A DNA stretch of 53,031 nt, counting the filler, from Trypethelium eluteriae (taxonomy: Eukaryota): NCBI GenBank assembly GCA_051942245.1. It is 2 parts of 2 records of this genome, joined end to end, with 100 filler letters (N's around TTAATTAATTAA, not from the genome) between each part and the next. Parts side by side here need not be neighbours in the genome. Positions count along the whole stretch, not along the records: positions 26,628 to 53,031 come from JAVECL010000353.1; 1 more part is not named here. One strand, given 5' to 3'. Made by a program: the position numbers and the translations under genes. Positions 46,409 through 53,031 of the stretch are shown here, piece after piece. The notes under the pieces were generated by a model that ran no database searches, was not told the DNA's origin, and saw only the letters and a list, made by a program, of their open reading frames with translations. Position 1 is the stretch's first letter. Every line of letters starts with the position of its first letter.

Positions 46409-48730
46409 TCAGCTAAAATTTGGCTTTTCTTTTGCGTCGTAGAAGACTTCGTCACCGTCACTGTCGTTTACGCTGACCTCATCATTGACACGTAAATCTT
46501 CACGCTCCCCTAAGATCAGTGAACCATCTTCGTAGACGTCGTTACCATCGACAGTTATTGTCTCTTTCCGTCCAGCCATGAGAAGGAATTTCTGAAATGT
46601 GTCGTGCCACTCTTGCAGCTGCTCTACCCGTGTATCTGCAACTTCTTTTGCAGTCCGGCCGGCATTATTTTCGGCATCGACTTCCAATCCTCGGAGATCT
46701 GCATCACAAAGGATTTGCAGCACGCTCAGGTCTGCATGCGAAGCAGCCAAGTGAAGGAGCGTTGAACCTTCTATCGTAAAATCATACCTCGCACCGGTGT
46801 GAAGCAGCCACAATACACTGTCATGCCTTGCGAAGACTATGCATTTTGCCAATGCTGTCCAACCAGCATCATCGACGCCGTCGATATCCGCGCCATATTT
46901 GAGTAGAACTTTCGCATTTTCAAAATAGCTCGCAGATAATGTTAAAAACAAAGCATCCCAGCCTTGACCACTCCGCGCATTGACGTTGGCGCCAGCGCGG
47001 ATGAGCATCTCGATATACTCGTTGCCATCGTTCTGACTCACAGCGTAATGAAGTGGTGTCCAGCCACCGACTCCACGCTGATTGACGTCGACACAGGTAT
47101 GGCTGATAAGATGATGTACGACTGACGCATTTCCGGAGGCGGCTGCAGCATGGAGAGGGAGGGTCGGCATAATGCCGGTAGGCACACGCTGATGACCGCG
47201 CGCATTCGGGTCCGCGTTGAAATGGAGCAGTGTTAAGACTGCGTCAGAATCACCCCGACGTGCTGCCCACCACAGCGGTGTGCGGCCGAAGCCGTCTACA
47301 TCGTTAATGGAGCTTGTGGAGATTGTGAGCTCCGAAACGAGGTCTGAACCAGTGAGACCAAGGACGCACTTATGAATGCGGCTGAATTGGCGATCATCGA
47401 GGCTGTCCTCTTCCTGCGGGAGAAGTTCCAGCAGGGCCTGACTTGCCGGGTTCGCTGGTTCATACAGGATCCGGTCCAATGCAAAGCTAAAGGCGCTTTG
47501 ACCGATGCAGTCCTCTTGATGGATGTCTGCTCCACATGAAATCAGGAAGTGGCACAACTTGTAGTTACTACATTTTAGGGCGTAGCAAAATAGCGACGTG
47601 CCATCAGGGTTTACATCGAAAGGCGAAGCAGTACCATTCTCAAACATGCGCTTTAGACTCATGATATCGCCCCTAAAGCAATAATCAATAGCCGCCGAGT
47701 TGAATGGTATTTTCGTTTGTACGCGAAGCAGCAACTCAGGTCCTGCCAGTGTGGTTGTATCACAAGAGGCGAAAAGCACATTAGTCCAGAACCATTCGGG
47801 AAATTGGTAACTGAGCATGATGCGCATGGAAGAGCGTCTCCTGCACTGTGTTTCATTGCATGGAGGTGTTATAGCAGGTATTCCGCTATAACCCACGAAT
47901 AGGGAGCCGACAAGCGTCTGGAGGATACCGCTGGATGGACTTCGAATGCTTCGCTTGATATGACAGCAGCAACTGCACCAGAGTCGGCAAGTCTTGCGGT
48001 AGCCTAAAGCAAAGATAGAGATAGGTTGGGCCTTGTTCCCAAGGAGGTGCGGTTCAGCAGTATCGTTCATGAGTAGGTCTGGCGACGCTATCTCTTTGAC
48101 TGCGGAATTTCTGGCTCGACCCACACGATTGTGGGTATTGTTATTGCGAATCGTCAGTTGTTCGGTGCGTATAGCCTGATTGTTCAATTTTGCCAGTACG
48201 TCGTCAAGCCTTTTCGAAGTGTCCACTTGGAACCGCTGCGCTCCAAGAGAGATACCTTGGAGACATAGGCGCATCTCCGAAATCGCTAGGCAATTATTCG
48301 CTTCCCATAGCGTGTGAATATCTTGTCTTGAGTCTCGTAGCTTGGTCCTTAACTTGTTGACTTGGCTGCTCGCCTTTGACCAGCGGAACCTAGCTATGCG
48401 AACTCGTTGTATGCCTCCACCGGAAGATGATGGTGACAAACAAGACGACACCAATTGCCCTAGTTCTTGTAGATATTGCTCCGATTTGCAGAGGAAAACA
48501 TTTATTTCGGCGGTTGGAGCTGATCGGTCGATATCGCTGGTTGCTAAATGCTCAGTGACAGCTTTGCAGGTTTCAAGAACGAGCTGAAGGTCTGATATCT
48601 CATTTACGACAGAGCAGAGATCGTCTGGGGTATCGCGTAGCGTCGCACGTAGATGATCTAATTGCTTCGCAACAGTGGTCGCAGCTCCGACAACAGCAAT
48701 AATACTGGCTGTAAGCGACAATGGATCCAT
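46409..48730 (-). CDS. HeLo-like (fungal STAND N-terminal-type) domain + Cys-rich linker + ankyrin repeats, ~773 aa, intronless
   Basis: ATG at 48730 gives MDPLSLTASIIAVVGAATTVAKQL...NEISDLQLVL, a typical HeLo-like N-terminus. CRLWCSCCCH linker, at least six ankyrin repeats (GRTPLWWAA, GWTPLHYAV, GSTLLHLAA and others) and an acidic tail DSDGDEVFYDAKE. Confidence 0.85.
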   Translation of the reverse strand: MDPLSLTASIIAVVGAATTVAKQLDHLRATLRDTPDDLCSVVNEISDLQLVLETCKAVTEHLATSDIDRSAPTAEINVFLCKSEQYLQELGQLVSSCLSPSSSGGGIQRVRIARFRWSKASSQVNKLRTKLRDSRQDIHTLWEANNCLAISEMRLCLQGISLGAQRFQVDTSKRLDDVLAKLNNQAIRTEQLTIRNNNTHNRVGRARNSAVKEIASPDLLMNDTAEPHLLGNKAQPISIFALGYRKTCRLWCSCCCHIKRSIRSPSSGILQTLVGSLFVGYSGIPAITPPCNETQCRRRSSMRIMLSYQFPEWFWTNVLFASCDTTTLAGPELLLRVQTKIPFNSAAIDYCFRGDIMSLKRMFENGTASPFDVNPDGTSLFCYALKCSNYKLCHFLISCGADIHQEDCIGQSAFSFALDRILYEPANPASQALLELLPQEEDSLDDRQFSRIHKCVLGLTGSDLVSELTISTSSINDVDGFGRTPLWWAARRGDSDAVLTLLHFNADPNARGHQRVPTGIMPTLPLHAAAASGNASVVHHLISHTCVDVNQRGVGGWTPLHYAVSQNDGNEYIEMLIRAGANVNARSGQGWDALFLTLSASYFENAKVLLKYGADIDGVDDAGWTALAKCIVFARHDSVLWLLHTGARYDFTIEGSTLLHLAASHADLSVLQILCDADLRGLEVDAENNAGRTAKEVADTRVEQLQEWHDTFQKFLLMAGRKETITVDGNDVYEDGSLILGEREDLRVNDEVSVNDSDGDEVFYDAKEKPNFS

Positions 48731-49948
48731 CGATGTTTGTTTTATGAATCGTAAATTGGGCGTTAGCCGCAACGGCGCAGTGGGATCGAAGGATATTTGT
48801 GATGTGAATCAAGGCATGAAGGTGGCGCTCTCGGTCAATGTGGCGCATGCGACTTAATGCAGGTCGTCACCTACCCTTACACCTTACTTTCCAAATCTCG
48901 TCGCTCGCTCATCCAGTTACTTGTCCCGACACTGCCACATTCAGAAACTGGTTTTCAGCCGAAGGGACTCTGTTATGTTAAGTTGCTAGGCGCAAGGGTG
49001 TGCTGCAGATTGCGCCAAGCCACAGCAGTACGCCCTTGACATCGGCAAGAAAACGCATTGCAACGACCGAAAAGCTTTCCAAGTAGTTGTTCTCGTTGAA
49101 AAAATAACTTAACTATTCAGAGATGCTCTTATTGATTTAGTCATGACTGAGCAACATCATAAAAGTCCCGTGACAATTCGGTACGAGAACCTGGATACCA
49201 GCAATACTTTTCAGGATAGTAAGGCTAGTTGTCTACCGAAGAAGGGGGAAACGTATGGTGCTGCGATATTATTCGTGGTGGATGTACGGATACAGAGTAC
49301 ACACATCTAATCAGTCCGTACAGTCTCTGGACAAAAGTGTCCGCGCGCTGGTGCGGGAAATTTGGTGGAGGGTGCCCGATTACCATTTTCGTATAACTGT
49401 ACTTTCCCGGATGGGAAGGCAGATTGTCCAGCGAAGGAGGTGAGAGCATATATGATGCTGCATTGAGGCGCAGTAAAGCGACTCCGTTCGTGGTGGATGT
49501 ACATGTACGAAGAACGACCAATCAGTCCGCAGGTGTCCTCTGAAATATACTCCGTAAGGTTCGTGATCTTCGACTATGCCCTTTTAAGCTTAGACGCGTC
49601 TGCAATGTTGATGCTGGTAAGGAGTACTGCATTTACATAATCGTGGCGGAGCATCGAGTTACGAGGCTCTGTTGATCGGGGTTTGGCGAATCCCCAAAAG
49701 CCAGCAGCTTGAGCTCTCTCCCTTTTCAACAGGAGCGATGTCGAGCAGGCGCGCATCTCGCAAATACTATCTCTAAATGCCGCTGCGAACCCTTTTTTTC
49801 TATACGATTCGAGCTTAGAGGACGCGCTCGATGTTGGACTGGCCTCCAACGCGACCTCACGATATCACTTGCCAAGCACGTCATCTAAAACTGGTTCTCT
49901 TGAGATGAGCTTGGCTTCACAATCTTGGCACACTAGAGTTTACTAACG

Positions 49949-51688
49949 ATGACACTACTTGGCCGGAAAACCAAACGAAAAGAGATCTCTAGCGCAGCTG
50001 TCCAACCACCAGTATTCCAAGCAGTTTCTCACCCAGCCGCGTCCCAGACGACTCTCAATTTGTCGTCAAGTCCACAATTCTCTTCCGTACTACCGCCTAC
50101 GTACAATGCTGCAGAATTTGAGTGGACCGGTCCTCCAGAGACATTTTATAGGCAACCCGCGACGGTGTCTGCTTCACAACCTTGCCTCCCACAAAGGAGA
50201 TTGATTCCGAATCGCCCAAAGCCGAGGACTCAGGGTCAGAATGTCAAGACCAATGCATCCAAGACCAACCTTCTCACGGTACCTAGTCTCTCAAACCTCA
50301 GACAGAACGGAGCAACCAAGTCGTCTACAAGTCTGGCTGCAATGCCCAGTGCCTCTTGCGCGACTGAAGCTTACCATGGATTCCAAGATTCGACTGCACA
50401 CTACATGAACCGAGGTGCTGCTCTTTATGACCGAATCTCTTCCAGGTTCAACGAAGTCATTACTTCTATGGATGGACAAGTATTCCGGGGCGATGAGCGG
50501 GAGATGTCAATCCAGCACAGCGCTCCGCCGGGTGCGCAAGTTGTAACCAGAAGTTTGTCTGAACCTGCAGTACCGAATCTGAAGTATAGTAGTAACTACT
50601 TTGCAAAAGTGTGGCAATATGCAAACTCAAGACTACCGCCTCATCTAGCACCTCTCAAAGTATACATGCCAACGTATCCGCTGCTCTGCCTTGCAGCGCA
50701 GTATTCGGAAAAAGTCTACGCTCGACCTACTCGCGCCGAGCAGGAAACTCACATTGCAGCCGACTGGCGTCGTGGCACAAAGGCAATGGTCTTGAAGAGT
50801 GTTGCGGTCGACGATCTAAACACCATCGTCTTTGCGATTCGTGGGAGTCAAACCTTTATGGACTGGGCCGTCAATTTCCGTCCTGCCCCTGCTTCTCCAA
50901 AAGGGTTTCTTGATGATCCTGGGAATCTCTGTCATTCTGGCTTTCTAAGTGTTGCTCGACACATGATTGCACCTGTTTCAACACGATTGCGGACACTGAT
51001 TGAAGAAAACCCGTCTCGTCGTACCTACTCGCTACTTATCTGTGGGCATTCTGCAGGAGGTGCTGTTGCTGCTCTGCTGTTCTGCCACATGCTTTCTTCT
51101 ATCCCTCCAAAGGAGCTTGTCGAACCGGAGCTTGTCGAACTTGCACCATTTTTCCACCGTATTCACTGTGTCACTTTCGGGGCTCCGCCTGTCAGTCTTC
51201 TGCCTCTGCAAAAACCCAGAGGTGATCGTTGGAAGAAGTCCCTATTCTTTAGCTTCATCAATGAAGGGGACCCGGTTGTGAGAGCCGACAAGCAGGTCGT
51301 GGCTAGTCTACTTAAACTGTACGCAACTCCCGCACCGAATGAAGTTATGTACGAAGCTCCTTCGGCGGTTCCTCTGCAGTCACTTGCACAGAAACGAAAA
51401 CCGTTGGCAAACGTGAAGGCATTGGGGGGTATAGGCAAGGGGAAAGCAGTTGCACAGCGGATGCCGACATGGAATGTTCCTCCAAGTACCTTATCGAATG
51501 CTGGACGATTAGTGCTACTCAGGACCGAGGCGAAGGCAAATGGTGAAGAGAAGGTGCAAGCATGTGTCACAAATGATGAACAGCTGAGAGGTGCCGTCTT
51601 TGGAGATCCAATATGTCATTCAATGACGCTCTATGCGAAACGAATAGAAACGTTGGCGACACAAGCTGTGACTATGACAATGGAATAG
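49949..51688 (+). CDS. Class 3 (fungal) lipase-family alpha/beta hydrolase, 579 aa
   Basis: IVFAIRGS..FMDW, CHSGFL, nucleophile elbow GHSAGG, VTFGAPP, FINEGDPV and C-terminal HSMTLY. Confidence 0.9.
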   Translation: MTLLGRKTKRKEISSAAVQPPVFQAVSHPAASQTTLNLSSSPQFSSVLPPTYNAAEFEWTGPPETFYRQPATVSASQPCLPQRRLIPNRPKPRTQGQNVKTNASKTNLLTVPSLSNLRQNGATKSSTSLAAMPSASCATEAYHGFQDSTAHYMNRGAALYDRISSRFNEVITSMDGQVFRGDEREMSIQHSAPPGAQVVTRSLSEPAVPNLKYSSNYFAKVWQYANSRLPPHLAPLKVYMPTYPLLCLAAQYSEKVYARPTRAEQETHIAADWRRGTKAMVLKSVAVDDLNTIVFAIRGSQTFMDWAVNFRPAPASPKGFLDDPGNLCHSGFLSVARHMIAPVSTRLRTLIEENPSRRTYSLLICGHSAGGAVAALLFCHMLSSIPPKELVEPELVELAPFFHRIHCVTFGAPPVSLLPLQKPRGDRWKKSLFFSFINEGDPVVRADKQVVASLLKLYATPAPNEVMYEAPSAVPLQSLAQKRKPLANVKALGGIGKGKAVAQRMPTWNVPPSTLSNAGRLVLLRTEAKANGEEKVQACVTNDEQLRGAVFGDPICHSMTLYAKRIETLATQAVTMTME

Positions 51689-52732
51689 ACCAAGCACTTC
51701 ACCCTAATGGAGAGCGCCTCCCAACTCCCACTATTCCTCTGAAGGCGGTTCGTCGTCCACCATTGCAGGACACTCCGACAGCATATAGACCTTGGCGTGA
51801 AACCGGCTGTCCACATGAGAAGTGGTCGCCATGACCGGCCAAGCGAGCATATCAATCCAATACGATGGCGACTCTCCCTCTGGGTCCCAAACGCATATGA
51901 CATGGCGTGGCGTACCCATTTCGAGGTTATGTGGTCCAACGATGAAGTCCCACTGATGCTCGATTTTAATCATTCTGTGGGGTACTGGAAGTTGCTGCGT
52001 TCGAAGTCAGCCAATGCTTTTTGGACTCTCTGGAAATACGACATTGCGTACCGAGAGTGCTAGCTTTATGGCCGCGATTTGGTGATGAAGCCGTTCAGAG
52101 GTCGACGCAGGCTCGATTACACGGATTTTGCCGTTGTGTATGCTGCGCGTACCAGGAAGAGGTTCTGTCAATTTGCCTTCGCGTAGCCCGTGATCTTGCA
52201 ACAAAAGGCAGATACCTCTTCCGACCGGCTCTGTTGGGGTTCCCTCGTCTGATTTAGGCCTTGGCATGCAAGGCTGAACTGAGACCTCCTGGCCGTGCCA
52301 CTCCATGAGTGCGAACGTGCCATATATCATGGAGAACCTGGAGGGATCGGGATAAGGGAGAACCAGCGGGCCCAGGATTGTCACGCGATTATATTGGAGC
52401 AAGGCATCGGTAGCGGCAAGTGGACGAATAAAACGGATCATGATTGATCGATATTCCAATCTCTATTTTCGGCGAAAATACTATGAATGCGAAAGGAGGA
52501 GGAACGTGAAAGAGACCAGCGAATTGGATGATAATGTACACAACATGCTCTATCCAAGAAGTGCGACCTGGTTGGTTTCCAGATTATCTGACTGCATCGC
52601 CGTTGCCATGTTGATGTATCCTCGTTGCACTTTGTCAATGTCGAAACCAAGATGCACAGGCCAATGGGTTTGCCAGACTTCACCGTTACCTTCCAGAGAT
52701 CTGTTGGCCTTTATCCCTAGCCGCTGAGTTTC

Positions 52733-53031
52733 TCAGCCCAAGCGCACCTTCTTCCAAGCTCCTAAACACTCTTGCAGATCTGATACAACGCTGCTCGCCT
52801 GCGTCGTTGCTGCCTCCTTTATTATGTCCATTATCACTGCTGCATAGGCAAAATTCCTCAATTTCCCTCTCAACATATGCAAATGCTGCACCGTCATTCC
52901 AGAAACCTCTCCCCACTCCTTCCACAACTCCAGGATCTCCACTACGCCTGCCGCCAGCTCCGAACCCTCGACCAACAAGTACAGCACCCTCTCCACAACC
53001 GTCACCAGTACCTCCTTCCCCAGCACTTCCC
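52733..53031 (-). CDS. 3' end of an unidentified helical protein running off the window edge
   Basis: Open frame from the window end to a stop at 52733 with protein-like composition (...ERVLYLLVEGSELAAGVVEILELWKEWGEVSGMTVQHLHML...LQECLGAWKKVRLG*). No family recognised. Confidence 0.5.
   Translation of the reverse strand, partial: EVLGKEVLVTVVERVLYLLVEGSELAAGVVEILELWKEWGEVSGMTVQHLHMLRGKLRNFAYAAVIMDIIKEAATTQASSVVSDLQECLGAWKKVRLG

Noticed and set aside
26697..51688. A lipid / membrane-contact-site gene cluster (Ysp2, Atg38-like, LOA1, FFAT protein, lipase)
   Set aside because: These genes are interspersed with unrelated housekeeping genes, and no shared regulatory signal is visible.
1..53031. 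tRNA, rRNA, CRISPR arrays, intact transposons or a secondary-metabolite cluster
   Set aside because: By eye I found no cloverleaf/T-loop context, repeat-spacer array, transposase/RT ORF, terminal repeats or PKS/NRPS gene. tRNAscan-SE, Infernal and RepeatMasker would be needed to exclude small or degraded elements.

Overview
Filamentous ascomycete (Pezizomycotina-type) nuclear DNA with short GT-AG introns and CTAAC/CTGAC branch sites. It is almost certainly two contigs (1-26527 and 26628-53031) joined by an artificial 100-nt spacer (N44-TTAATTAATTAA-N44), so adjacency across 26.5 kb should not be trusted. Left contig: a TALE (Cup9/Tos8-like) homeobox gene with a ~6-kb gene-free upstream region, two small genes carrying the same Cys/His zinc-binding motif on either side of a Pfa5-type palmitoyltransferase, a Rho1 GEF (Rgf3/Tus1-like), a Baeyer-Villiger-type flavin monooxygenase and an F-box gene. 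Right contig: a truncated GRAM/VASt sterol-transfer gene (Ysp2/Lam), an Atg38-like MIT/coiled-coil gene, CPA1/arg-2, a DUF1349-like gene, a TTC36-like TPR gene, LOA1, kinesin-14 (KlpA/Kar3), a HeLo-like/ankyrin gene, a class 3 lipase and a partial CDS. The best signals missed by the ORF track are: (1) a three-exon arginine attenuator uORF upstream of CPA1; (2) a 504-nt in-frame, stop-free candidate exitron in kinesin-14; (3) recurrent ~0.5-1 kb C-rich to G-rich strand-skew inversions that override codon usage and coincide with the contig ends; (4) a HeLo-like/ankyrin protein with no NB domain and a C-terminal FFAT motif; (5) the zinc-motif microprotein pair. All exon models were derived by hand and family calls come from recognised motifs, not database searches.
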